From positions 27,654,001 to 27,718,000 of the forward strand of contig NC_087245.1 in assembly GCF_037042905.1 (NCBI RefSeq): a stretch of DNA of 64,000 nt. Direction: 5' to 3'. Every line of letters begins with the position of its first letter. The first letter of the stretch is position 1. The DNA comes from Lytechinus pictus. Its lineage: Eukaryota. Shown here piece after piece: positions 49,901 through 63,561 of the stretch. The notes beneath the pieces are model-generated. The model was not told the origin of the DNA, searched no databases, and saw nothing but the letters and a program-made list of their open reading frames with translations. A program made the translations under genes and the position numbers.

Positions 49901-51680
49901 GACAAAGTTGGAAACGTAGATAAAACAAAATAAAAGTCACAAACATCTCAGATGGGTGTGCGATCTATCAGGACATGTTTTAAAATTGTTTTTAGGTGTC
50001 AACAAGTTAAATTATATTTGATATACCTTTCGTTGTGATCCCTTGTTCTCCGTTAAGAGATATTAAATGCGTCTTTTCTCGACGATGTTGGAAACGTAGA
50101 TAAAACAAAATAGAAGTCACAAACATCTCAGATGGGTGTGCGATCTATCAGGACATGTTTTAAAATTGTTTTTAGGTGTCAACAAGTTAAATTATATTTG
50201 ATATACCTTTCGTTGTGATCCCTTGTTCTCCGTTAAGAGATATTAAATGCGTCTTTTCTCGACGATGTTGGAAACGTAGATAAAACAAAATAGAAGTCAC
50301 AAACATCTCAGATGGGTGTGCGATCTATCAGGACATGTTTTAAAATTGTTTTTAGGGGTCAACAAGTTAAAATAGAGTTGATATACCTTTCGTTATGATC
50401 CCCTGTTATCCGTTAAGAAATATTAAAGATGCATTTTCTCGACAAAGTTGGAAACGTAGATAAAACAAAATAAAAGTCACAAACATCTCAGATGGGTGTG
50501 CGATCTATCAGGACATGTTTTAAAATTGTTTTTAGGTGTCAACAAGTTAAATTATATTTGATATACCTTTCGTTGTGATCCCTTGTTCTCCGTTAAGAGA
50601 TATTAAATGCGTCTTTTCTTGACGATGTTGGAAACGTAAATAAAACAGAATAGAAGTAAAAAACATCTCAGATGGGTGTGCGATCTATCAGGACATGTTT
50701 TAAAATTGTTTTTAGGGGTCAACAAGTTAAAATAGAGTTGATATACCTTTCGTTATGATCCCCTGTTATCCGTTAAGAAATATTAAAGATGCATTTTCTC
50801 GACAAAGTTGGAAACGTAGATAAAACAAAATAAAAGTCACAAACATCTCAGATGGGTGTGCGATCTATCAGGACATGTTTTAAAATTGTTTTTAGGTGTC
50901 AACAAGTTAAATTATATTTGATATACCTTTCGTTGTGATCCCTTGTTCTCCGTTAAGAGATATTAAATGCGTCTTTTCTTGACGATGTTGGAAACGTAAA
51001 TAAAACAGAATAGAAGTAAAAAACATCTCAGATGGGTGTGCGATCTATCAGGACATGTTTTAAAATTGTTTTTAGGGGTCAACAAGTTAAAATAGAGTTG
51101 ATATACCTTTCGTTATGATCCCCTGTTATCCGTTAAGAAATATTAAAGATGCATTTTCTCGACAAAGTTGGAAACGTAGATAAAACAAAATAAAAGTCAC
51201 AAACATCTCAGATGGGTGTGCGATCTATCAGGACATGTTTTAAAATTGTTTTTAGGTGTCAACAAGTTAAATTATATTTGATATACCTTTCGTTGTGATC
51301 CCTTGTTCTCCGTTAAGAGATATTAAATGCGTCTTTTCTCGACGATGTTGGAAACGTAGATAAAACAGAATAGAAGTAAAAAACATCTCAGATGGGTGTG
51401 CGATCTATCAGGACATGTTTTAAAAATTGTTTTTAGGGGTCAACAAGACAAAATAGATTTGATATGCCTTTCGTTATGATCCCTTAATTGTTCTCCGTTA
51501 AGAAATATTAAAGATGCATTTTCTCGACAAGTTGGAAACGTAGATAAGACAAAATAGAAGTCAGTTGGTAGCCTTTCATATTTGCGATCTATCAGGACAT
51601 CTTTTAAGATTGTTTGAAGGTGTCAACAGGTTAAAATATATTATATATGCATTTCGTTACGATACCTTGTTTTCCGTAGA
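46945..51680. repeat. 180-bp satellite array, ~26 copies, two main variants
   Basis: Exact 180-bp period from ~47520 to ~51420, with degenerate edge monomers. Confidence 0.97.
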
Positions 51681-52157
51681 GCATAGGCGGTTCGGGGCGC
51701 GAGGGACTCCCCCCCCCCCCCCCCCTTGGGCGAGCAAAAAAGATAGAAAAAAGGGAAAAGAGGAGGGAAAAGAGAGGAGTAAAAAGAAGAGGAAGATGAG
51801 GGAAAGACTTGGGGGAAAAAAAATCTTTCATGTCACTCTATACAATTTTCGCTCGTGCTTCGCCCTCGCATTGCCTGTTAGGTGATTTTCATATCTTGTT
51901 CAATGAGTTTAGATATCAAGTTTGAAAGTTAATTTACAAAACACATTTCACCTCGGAAATTTAACTTCATTATTTTGTGTGATTTACAAATTGATTTTTA
52001 AAAAGTGCTCTGTAAACATGTCAGTTTTATGGTCTGAATATTAATATTTTCTGTTCGTGCTGCGCACTCGCGAATTTTGATTGGTACCTATTATTCTCGT
52101 GCATTCCATAAATTTTCAAAATATCCCTTTTTGGGTCTGATTGTCAAATCGTATCAA

Positions 52158-52365
52158 GGTTATACCGAGGTTGTTTTACCTGACTGCTAAGAAAGCACGA
52201 ATGCCTGTGAGCAAGCAACCAGGGGACGAACGGCTTAAGGTTCTCTCCGAGGGACCTGGTAATGAGGATAAATGCCTTACCAAAGGGCACTAGCGCACCA
52301 CTTGGGAATCGAACCCGGTTCACCGGAATCCGAAACCCCCACTTTACCGACTGAGCTATCGCGCC
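52158..52365 (-). mobile_element. tRNA-derived SINE (3'-truncated or short)
   Basis: Minus strand GGCGCGATAGCTCAGTCGGTAAAG... (A box) and GGGTTCGATTCCC (B box), then a non-tRNA body GTGCCCTTTGGTAAGGCATTTA... No intact cloverleaf or acceptor stem evident. Confidence 0.85.
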
Positions 52366-55300
52366 TTAGCTAGCGCTGCACGCTTGCATTTTGATTGGCG
52401 AGTTATGTATGTCTCAATATTGATTATACAACAAACTACTTGAAATCCCCTTTTCATTCATGACAGTTTATCAAAAAAATTGGATCACGGTTTGCGTTCG
52501 CATTAATGGTTAAATATATTAACTTGATGCATCATATTTATAGTTACAAAGGTGCTTGAAATGTCCAGATTTCAGGCCATAATATCATCAGATTTCGCGC
52601 CCTCATTATGCATTCATGAATATTTAAGATATTTCGGGTGATTTCATGCAACTGTCTAGAGTGGGCCATAATGTGCCTGCACTGTACATCTATAGGTCCT
52701 TGGTTGAAGTCAACGATCCTATATAGCTATAACGACCCCTTGAACCTGAATTGGGTCAATTACGCCGTCTAGCACGTTTTGAGAACAATGGATGAAGGTG
52801 TGAAAATCACAAAGCAGCTAACAAAAGGGAAAATCCGTTTCAATTGACGTTATGCTATAGATTGCGTATAGCGGTTTGAATGTGAAACCCTGAACATGCT
52901 GAATGCCTACTACTGTGTACTAGTAGGTCCATGGTTATAGACTCTATTATAGTTGCGTGCATGTCTTCTCCAAGCCGATTCATAGCTTGTCGATGGCTTT
53001 AATGCACGTAAAATACAAATATACATGTAACTCTAGGTCCCATTATAGGGCATTTTTAACGGAATCGCCGATGAGATAATTTTGACAAAACAAAATGAAT
53101 CACACTAATTATGCAGCAGCTATGTTTCTAAACATTACATGATCAAAGAAAAGACACGTGATGATATTTATTAAATTTGTTAATGGCGGCTGGTCTTTAT
53201 GATAAAAACATAGGTCTATTTTATCTTTAAGACATGAGAAAACAAATAAATCAATTATATAATTAATGTGTGTGTTTTACTTTTTACAAACGTGTATCAA
53301 TCGAACATGCTGACTACATGAAAAGTGCTGAGGTCCATTACATGATTTATTGGTATTTACACAGAGTTCTCAAATAATGGTACAAGATTTTAGAAAAGAA
53401 GTTTTGAGTGTCATCTCGTGTACATCAAATCTTAGCAAATGTTAAAAAGTTTCTGAAATGTCAATACTGTGAAAGTATATGCACTTCATTAAACGTGGAC
53501 ATCCCGGAGATTTCTTCCAAAAGAGCGACCCATTTCAGCGGCACATCCCCGTATACCTTATTTCGTAAGTCCCCCCCCCCCCTTTCCTGGCTCTAATTGT
53601 ATTCAAAATTTTCTGAACTCTAAGATATTTGACTTGCACGTAATTAATTTCCTCGTAATTTTTCTCTTATGGCTCGACTGTATTGATCTTTTATTTTCAC
53701 TTTGCCGATACCATAATACGAGTATACGACTCGTGAAACGAAAATGTGTAGATTATCTATTATCTAAAAGTCAGATCCGACTTGAAGAGAAGTGATTATC
53801 ACATAAAGGGTCGTAATCAGTCATGCATTAAAGTTTTATATCTACCGGTATTAGAAATATGTATTTGTACCCGACTTTGTTACATTTCTCTTAATGCTGG
53901 CTTCCAATCGTAAAATTGTGAGTGGAATTGTTTTGCACAAGTCCGGCTGCCTCCGACTGCCTCCGACTGCACAAGCTTTGACCCCCGTTGACTACCTGTA
54001 GATCCACGGCCAACCGTCGCGACGCGTCGTCTCGACTCTACTGGGTATTGGAGAAGTACCAGGCCAGGGTCGAGTCACTTATACAAGAGCAAGTTCTGCA
54101 TTTGTCGGACTTTTGAAGAGCCTCTATTTTGAGGCTCGGGTTGTGGAGTATGGATTTTTCGTTTATTTGGTTCTCTGGTTATTTTATAATTTTTTTCTTT
54201 TACGGGCATAACTATTCCCTTCTACTACCACAGTGCGCCCCCACAAAAAAAAACTATACACTTTTGAAATGGCTGCCAAATAAAAAATATATCACTTTGG
54301 GGGGAAAGACTTGCATGTTATGGAAGCCATTAAAATCAACTTTCATATGACACCAAAAAGTTGAAATACTATCACGATTGAGCGAACACTGCCTACTGAA
54401 ACAAATGGTATGATAATTATGCTGGGCTGGAATTAGCCTTCCATTTTTTGTCAGTTTTTGAGGGGCAAATCATTTGGCTTTGGAACTTGCAATGTTAAGG
54501 GCGTTGTGATAAATTATTGATCAACCAGTTATGAATGTTTAAGCAAGTTTCATGAATTATTAAATTGAACAAAAATTACACATAAATTACACAAAATTAC
54601 ACATCTTGGGCAACATTTCAACATTATCATGTGGCTCTCAGCAATGTGTTCATTGGAGTCAGGAAAATAGGGGGTGAGATTTGACGTAAGTGGGAGAAGT
54701 AGGTTGATGGAAAAGGGGTCAACAGAACATTTTAGCCCCCCTCCCTCTCTCTCGCCCACCCCTTCTGTTGAGTGACTGATTTTTATTGTCATGTACGCGT
54801 GAAGTCCAGAGCAGAATGTTAATTTAATTATAATGATAATTGGGGCATCAACTTTTCCTATCAATCAACAATTTATCAATAAATCAACTATTTCAATGGG
54901 CAATGTAATCAATCAAACATTCAGTTTTTCAATAAAGTATTTCATAAATTATAATCAAGTCAATTTCTTGGTAATCATTCAATAAAAAGAAGAAAAAAAT
55001 TACTATCAGCCACTGGTCACTTCAGTGGCAAATAAGTTTTGAATAGGCTACCATCCAGGAAGTGAGAGGGGTCTGGGAAATTGAGGGGGGTGGAGATACA
55101 TAAGAATTTTATTTGTAAAATGACAAAAAGATGATGAATGCCCTTTCAACCAAGTCTTACCATATCTCGCCCTCTCGCTTGTAACAGGTACCATCACATT
55201 ACTCTGACTCACAAAACACACTGCTTAGGTCTACAAGATGAATAGGCTACACTAAATTTACAATTCCTGTTCACTCAACCATCATTCTTACAAGATTAAA

Positions 55301-55689
55301 AAATCATATTTGTTGGGGAAAATCCAGCATAAGTGTTACCTTCCCCTTAAAAATCCCAAACTTAGGATTTTTTTTAAGAAGTCACCATGCAATCAAATTT
55401 TGCCTCATTGTGATGTCAACCATACGATAAATAGACATAAGGAGAAAAATTCGTCCATAATTGACATCGTATACCATTATGTTACCTGGTTATTGATCAT
55501 TCGTTCTCTGTATATGAGGTTCATGGGTCGAATCTCGAACCAACTAAAGAGAGTTGCAGCTCCGTAATTAGCTTGAAGTAGAAGTTCGCCTTGGTGAGAA
55601 ACACTCATGAAACTGTTCAGTCTAGGACCTACCTTTAATTTTCAAATGAAATTCAATCTCGACAAGCATGCCCCTTCCCCCACTGTCAT

Positions 55690-56285
55690 GCCATCACAAT
55701 CGCCATAATCATAATCATTGTAATCATCAAAACTAGGATTATTATCATAATTAATCTCAGCACCTTCATCACTGTCATTATCACCGTCATCATCATAAAA
55801 CATTAATAAATCATCACCGCGGGCGGCGGAGCAGAGGATATATCCTTTGTTCATAGGGTGCATCATTATTGTCCCCCACAGCAAAATATTATCCTCTGAT
55901 CATCACTATATTGCTACCATAATCATCAATCTTGTCGTAATAAATATTCTCGTGATCAATTACCATCATTATTACCATCACCATTATAACAACATTATAA
56001 TTATTATTATCACCATTCTTGTCATTGCCATCATCGTTGGGATTACAATCATAATCATCACCATTATTATAATCAGCCATCATTACCTTTCTTTTCGATG
56101 TCATCATCACGATCATAATGTCTTTTTTTATTCACACATCATTATGTTTATAGATTAAAAAACAAAAAAATGTTATTATCGTCATCATCATTACCATCGC
56201 TTTCATCCTCATCCTCCTTATCCTTCTTCATTATCACCAACATCATTATTACCATCACCATTATATCATCCTCGATCATCATTCC
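55690..56285. repeat. Degenerate (CAT/TAT)n low-complexity region
   Basis: Direct inspection. Gives spurious His/Ile/Ser/Asp-rich ORFs. Confidence 0.85.
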
Positions 56286-57007
56286 GTTTTCACAAACGCT
56301 GACTACTTGTAGTAGTTCCGTCATTGGACAATGTGGTTTGGGAGGATTCATTGGGGTCAAGAAAGCACAATTAGAGATTATCAGAGATCGTTGCGTAACT
56401 TCAGTTGAAACGGATTCTTCCTATTGTTAGTTGTTAATTGTAATTTTCACACCTTCTTTGTTCGCAACACGTGCGAGACGGTGTTAGTTAATCGAACCCA
56501 TTCAAGTCGCTCCAGGGCATTCACTTCAAAGCTTCAAAGGGACTTTAAGAGTTATCTTTCCTAAAACGAAGTAACTCAAGTGCATTGGGGTCTTGAGAAT
56601 AATTTAAACAAATTCTTGACCACTACGAACTACTCAAAGAACGAATAACAAAGGAGATTAAGAACTGAACATGACTGGGAAATGGGAATGGATGAGGATT
56701 TCAACAAGTTGTATGCATAAATACGAATGCTAGTACCCATGAGCATTGGAGGATGCAGGGGGGCACAGTCGGTCCATGCCCCCCATTTGAGAAGCAAAAT
56801 AAACATTTGTAATGTAAAAATGCAAGTCAATCTTCATCATTTCATAATTTCAAATCAATACTCGTTTCTTCATCATTTTGAGTTATTTTAAGAAATATAC
56901 AAGTAATTTGCTCAGCCATTTCATGATATTAAGAGAAGTCATAACAAATATTGAATAATGTACATTGCTTTATCCAAGTTTCCATCCTCATGATTTTGCG
57001 TTCCTAA

Positions 57008-57172
57008 TGCCTCGGTCATATTTGCTCTACGGCGGCCGTACAGTGAGTTTGAAACACCTGTTTTATCCATTTTTATTCAGACCACGTGTTTGTAGCTATT
57101 ACAAAAAAAAATGTTAAAACGGTTGTTTTTGACTCGCCGCACGGCCGTCATAGAGCAAAAATGACCGAGGTA
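57008..57172. mobile_element. PIF/Harbinger-like palindromic MITE, copy 1
   Basis: TIR tgcctcggtcatatttgctctacggcggccgtac / gcacggccgtcatagagcaaaaatgaccgaggta, preceded by TAA. Confidence 0.8.
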
Positions 57173-57825
57173 AGGTCAGGGAATGTTGCAGGAGTTCACC
57201 CCCCCCCTCCACTTAGATAAAAAAAAAATTGCTTGTAATTTTGTTTTTATGAAAAGACCTAATTGGGGGGGGGGGGGAGTGAAAACCTCTGTCAAATTTT
57301 CATTGAACTCGAACTCTACCTTTCAAAAATTCTGCGTACGCTACTGCAAAAGCTAGAGCTATTGGAGCTATACGTAGCGTAAAGAGAAGATTGTTTCATA
57401 GCGGCAAAGCTCTGCCTCAAGTACCTTGTATTGTGTATGCTTGCGCGCACATGGTATCTAAACTGATATTAAGCGTGCGGGTACACCGCAAGAACGATAC
57501 TGAGTCGTGACTAAACTTTTCTGAGGACTAATTCGGAGGAATCACGTACCAGTGACAATGCGGCCGTATTTGTCAGCGCTTTTGGAATTATTATAGGCAC
57601 GGTTGTAGTCACATCTTCAGGAGCGAACAGAGCTCTGCAAGCTGATTCAGTGGGTCCAGCGCCTGTAGACGTTGTGCGCGGTCGCCGCGGTTGATCGAAC
57701 GCTTTGACGGATCGCATTTTACTTCCGCTGGTAGCCAAAACAAAATTTATTTCCCTTTCCATCTTTGTCAGGAATTTACGGGAATTATATACATATTTTT
57801 GGAAGCTCACATCATCAGGTACTAA

Positions 57826-57986
57826 TACCTTGGTCACATTTGCTCTAGGGCGGCCGTACGGCGAGTCGAATGCAGCCGTTTTATTCATTTTTATACAAAC
57901 CACATTATGTAGCTCGTACATAAAATGTTAAAACGGCTGTTATTGACTCGCCGTACGGCCGCCGTATAGCAAATGTGACGAAGGTG
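57826..57986. mobile_element. PIF/Harbinger-like palindromic MITE, copy 2
   Basis: Same family, flanked by TAA at 57823-57825 and 57987-57989. Confidence 0.85.
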
Positions 57987-59270
57987 TAAGCATGAATAAG
58001 CGATTCGCCGGAGCAAAATTTTTCCGTCCAGGTTCTTGTCCCTTTGAATACTTGTCACGCCTTCCAACCAATTAATTACGGCACACATCGTCATTCATTA
58101 TACTAGTAGTTGCACCCTCACAACATTTCACGGCAAACAATTGAGGTAAGGAACTTCTCTACACGCGCCAATAAATTCCTCTAGGCTTGCCAGCCCAATG
58201 CCCGGGAACAATAGAAGTGCCAGAACGCGACTGCACGGGCTCGTTATGTCACTCCGCGATGATCGCAAGGGTGCTCTATTGATATGCAAATTCAACCTCA
58301 TTAACTTCGTGGCGTGCAAGCCCGTGCATGAAAAGTAATGAGGGCGTGCAAACGCGTTTGCACACCCCTCCCGGATATTGACGTCCCGCCTTAGATTATT
58401 ACGAATTTCATTTGATATTGTCACTTATTATGTCAAAAATAAAGTGTGTCAAAATTACTATCAAAATTCGATCGAAATATAGTTTCATCTCGTCCCAGGC
58501 CCCAGCCTTTATAGCTACATCTACATGAATTCATTGAATGCATTTCTGATGACACTGCCGTAGAGCGAATTGAGAAAAACTATTCAAAGATCATGTTAAT
58601 AATGACAAAGCCAATGGAATGGATTGATATAATGTCCAACTCATTTACTTACATCAAAATGATTTATTCACATTTAAATTCCGATTTTACTCCATTATTT
58701 CCAAAGTCTTGATCTCTACGTCGATCGTTTGAAACTGTTGATTAATTTCGCGACGGCGTGTCTACCAAGTTCTGTGCCACTGCATTCGCGCTCGCAACGG
58801 TCACATTCATAATACAAATCGCACATGGCATCAAAATCCTTGATCCGGGGATCCGATAGTCTTCCAAAATTAGATGGAATCCAAAACTAATTTAATTTCA
58901 TTTTTTTCATATATTCATTGAATCTGTTATAATTTTCATAATTAATAATCTTTATTAATATTATTCACATTTTTTATCATTACGACTCATTTTTTTAATG
59001 TGAGTTATACGTACAGTGTATTTTCATTTGTATTGTTCTTTATTACTCTTTGCCTGCCAATTAAATAATGAGCGCACCTGTCGCGGGCCTGAGAAATGTT
59101 TTTAGTCATCACATGAATGCTTTATGAATTTGTTGTACAATTGCTTAACTACGATTTAAAACAACATATCATTTGAAATTAATTTGTGTAAAGGAAAAAA
59201 GAGAATGGGGGGTGGCCGTGGGCAATGTAGATGAAAATGATGGGATGTTTGTGACTTTGTGGGGAGGGGA

Positions 59271-59652
59271 TTAAGTACTTATTTCACTGATATTCTCACT
59301 TTTATAGAGTCTATCACAAGGTGAGGTGTTCTCTTTATGAGAGGACAAGTACAGAGGTTTCACAACATTATATCATTGATGAATCGTTTGTCATATGATT
59401 AGAATGAGCAAAAAGAGATGTTTTGGGGTATATTTGTAGTGTCCAAAAGGGGAGAGTTGTTCATCTGTGACATCATAGATCTTGGTTGCATTGCCAATGG
59501 GAGGATCTCCATAGCATCAGTGATCTCGACATTCAAATGCTCATAACTATTCTATTGCTAGTCGTCCTATTTTACTCAAAATTTTGTTGATCTTATTCTT
59601 TGATTTTTCTGCTTTCACAAAAGCTAACTTGCTCCAAGAGTTTCATTCTCCT
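59271..59652 (-). mobile_element. Partial inverted copy of the Kolobok-like MITE at 33507-34089
   Basis: Reverse complement of ~33507-33884, ending gtttcattctcct|TTAA. Confidence 0.88.
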
Positions 59653-61089
59653 TTAAGTTCGTAGCGAATGAAATTAATATTCATTTATGGATGTGTCTAC
59701 TGTGATTGTGGCTGCATAATATTTATGGCGATTGGAAAATCCACCTTGGGTCGGGAGAGGTACGTGATTCAATAGATTTCGATAGAAGTACACATTCAAC
59801 AAAGTGGAATTGGCAATTCATTCACAGATATTCGTTTCAAGTACGAATTATTGAAGTTGATATGTGTGAACGTTTTAGAGGATATCGGATATGTATATCG
59901 TTTTTTCACGTCCACAATGAGTTGCTAGTATAATTTGAATATCGTTGGATGAATTTTTCAAGTTCACTTATGTCTTTATTGTTTTATATCGGAATTGTGT
60001 TTTTAATATATGAGTTATATCTTGGCAACGTCGTTAGCCTAATTATACTGCGAGTGGATGATATTTATGAAATGAGTTGGAATGTGAACGAGACGCCCCA
60101 AAGCCGATGGCACGTGATCTAATTAGTATTCACTTTCTGGGTTGAGCCAATCATTGTGCTTGAAAACGGGTTTCCCCGAATTCCCGCCCTTGGAACGTGT
60201 CCCACGTGTGTGACCTGTTAACCTGTTGTTTGAGTGCGAATCAGCTGATTTCGTGACCTCAAAAACTCTTCATGGTGTTGACGCTGGATGGGGGCTATAA
60301 AATTAAGAGGATCTTTCTCTTTTATTCATTTTTAATAAACTGTTCGTGATTTTCAAACTACACCTATAGTGATATTGTGATGCAATTTATTGAATCACGT
60401 ACCTCGATCATCCCACTCATGGTGCAAGAAAATATTTTTTTAATTCACCAAAATATACATGTAAGAAAGATTATTCGGCCGTCATCATCGGTAGAAGTAT
60501 AGACACGTCTATAAAAATGTATTCGCTTTGAATATTGACTTCTTCACCAATCCCACACACACGATCTCAACATCCCCTTGTTATTGTCCACGTCACGACC
60601 CCTCCCCTATCGCTCTCTCCCTTCGACCATCATACAACCCCACCCCTCTTCCTCTCTTTCACACACGCTGTATTTGTAGGCCTACATAATGTATTATGTA
60701 AAAATATAAATCTTATTTCCTGTCAATTAACCTATACTTTCAAAACATTTTAAATCGCAGTTAAGAAAAACAAATTCGTAATATTACAGTATAATGAATG
60801 ACTAAAAATATTTCTCACGCTCGTGATGAGCACATTCATTATTTTATAGGTGAGTAACGAACAATACAAAGGAACACAGCAATAATTGACAGTGATAAAA
60901 GAATCTCGATTGGAAATTATTAGTATAAACATCATCAACAGAAGTCTTATGAGAGTTATAGTTTCAGTGAGTATCGAATAAACCAAACAAAAAACCATGC
61001 AAATTATATAAGTTGGGGACCCCGTCTCATGAATACCGATGCCCATTATTTGGAAGCCTCGGAAGAAAACTTCCGAGGCTTCCAAATAA

Positions 61090-61237
61090 TACCTCCGTCA
61101 CATTTGCTCTACGGCGAGTCGAAAACAGCCGTTTTATTCATTTTTATTCAAACCACGGTAACCACCTATATTCAGCTGGTACAAAAAATGTTTTCGACTC
61201 GCCGTACGGCCGCCGTAGAACAAATGTGACCGAGGTA
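61090..61237. mobile_element. PIF/Harbinger-like palindromic MITE, copy 3
   Basis: Same family, flanked by TAA at 61087-61089 and 61238-61240, with a small internal deletion in the left arm. Confidence 0.85.
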
Positions 61238-62761
61238 TAAAGTCGGAACAATCTTTGGATTTAGTAAGGGCGTGACGCAGCGCAAGCTCAAAGGGCTACG
61301 CATGCGGTCCGTAGATGCAAGCTCAAAGGGCTACGCATGCGGTCCGTAGATGCAGTCGGTCATTGACATAAGAAACAACACGCATTCACAAAATTAATCG
61401 CACTTTCTAAGGATGTAGCGATATCGATCTGAACATTGGAAAGTATGGAGTTAATTTATCGATGTAAATAGTCTATAAACTGTAAGTATAAAATGAGATT
61501 GACTTCAATTTTTAAGTTATCAGTAATTGCCTTTCTGCTTCAATCGCAATTCGCGCAACCGTTACGGCTGTGTGGTCGGAGAAGCATTAAATAGACTTAA
61601 AATGTGGTGCATTTAGCAGCAATCTAAGCTCGTCGATATTGATATTTTCGACAGCTACCGCGCTTTGCGCGGGAGGGGGGACACCCCCCTCCCGAACCCT
61701 CCCCCCCGTGCGTGCTTCGCACGCACCGAGGGCGCTGCGCGGCTTGCGTCGCTTCGCGCCGCCAAGCGTCAGAGTGAACCTGGCGAGAACGTTGTGTGTA
61801 TTGCATTTCGTACTTGTGCTGACATCCCGCCCATAGGGTGGGAATTAGTGGGAATGTATGTGCAGTATTTGTAGTGCTTTTGCACCGAATTTGTCATTGG
61901 GAAACCCCCTCACTAGGCCATACCCATCATAATATAGCAAGTTCGATACTGAGGTGTGGCTTCTCAGGACTGATTCAGAGGATTCGCGTACAAGTTAACT
62001 ATTATGACAATATGGGCGTATTTGTTAGTGCTTTTGGAATGGTTATTGGGCGTGGCTGTGATCACATACAATGTATAATGAGCAAACTGAGCTCACCCGA
62101 CTCAGTGCGTCCAGCACAGCGCCTATAGAGACGTACGTGCACATCAGCCCAACACATCTGAATTGTGCGCGGTCGCCGCGGCTTAGTCGTCATTGTGTGT
62201 CATGAAAGAGATACGATCTTTGGAATTCGTTAATTTTAGCATAATTTTCATTTGATATCTTGCACTTTGTTTTCAAAAATCTAAGTTTACAGTCATGTAC
62301 TTTTGATAATCGAATGTTTCAAATCAGTAATCATCATCTGGCGAACATTCGATTAGTGTAAAAAGTAACATTCGAGTGCCGATTGTTGGCAAACTGATCG
62401 AATGCTTCGATGGATCGAATTTTACTCCCAGGCCTATTACCCATTAACTATTTGTTAAATAATATTTTCATGATGTACATGTAATTCAATTTTTTGATAT
62501 TGTCAAACAAAATTTTATTCCTATTTAAACATTAATTGGCTTTTGTAGCCTATCAGTGATCTGGTGAAGAGTCTCTCTTATTGTAAAATCTTAAAAAAGG
62601 GAATGAAAATATATTTAATTTGATGGAATACAAAAATAATGATTGAATGACATCTCGGACTCTTGCTTATAAATCACTGTTATATAACTGTTTTGTGGAA
62701 ATAGGGAGTTTATAAAAAATGTATTTTTATTCACATCTGATTTTGATGAAATGTATGTTAA

Positions 62762-63561
62762 GGGCTATTCCACGGTTACCCACGTTACATTTGGAGACAC
62801 CTTGACTCATACTTGGAGCTGTAACTCCATTATTATTGACAGGAACTAAACATCTCTTTATCACAACAAAGTACACAGTCTGACTATCCTTCGTACAAAA
62901 ACAAAACGTGGGAAATTTTATTATGCTCCTGTCAAATCTTTGAAATGTGTCGGTTACTCATGTTACATTATTTGGACATGCATAAAATGAAAAGTCGACG
63001 TAAGTGAAAAGTGTCCTCATACAAGGCTTTTATGAAAGTTGATTATATCCATTTCAAAGAAGTATATTAGGGAGACAAACTTTGTATATAATTCAAAAAT
63101 AAAGAGCACATGGTTTTTACTAGGGGTGCAGATAAAGTGGTTACTCACATTACGGTTACGTTACATTTTGTCCATGTATGGTCAACAACATAAATGTCAC
63201 TAAAAATTCAATAATGTGTGTAAGATTCATGTTTCTGTTTCTGTAATAATATGAGTAGGATTTCAGACACCAGTTTGTGTTTAAAGGTAACATTCTGAAT
63301 AAGTTTCCTCCTCTCTTTTTATACTTATTGGTCAGTATATTGGTAATGTATTCACTAAACTGTACGAGATCTGGCTTGGGCTGTGTAAATCAAAAAATGT
63401 AAAACAAATGCATTCCATTTCTTGCCTCAAGACCTCAACATCAATTAAAGAACCAGCAATAAGTATAAGTAAGGCAAACACAATTAAAATGTACAGTTCA
63501 GATGGGCAGTATATCGAATTTGAATTTTTAAGCTAATGTCCACCAACCTATGGAATTGCCC
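62762..63561. mobile_element. 800-bp non-autonomous DNA transposon with TTAA TSD
   Basis: TTAA|GGGCTATTCCA ... TGGAATTGCCC|TTAA, with internal repeated ggttac..gttacatt motifs. Confidence 0.75.

Noticed and set aside
52290..52365. Functional tRNA gene
   Set aside because: A and B boxes are present, but there is no proper acceptor stem or terminator and the sequence continues into a SINE body.
55642..56430. His/Ile/Ser/Asp-rich ORFs (also 15007-15629)
   Set aside because: Microsatellite translations.
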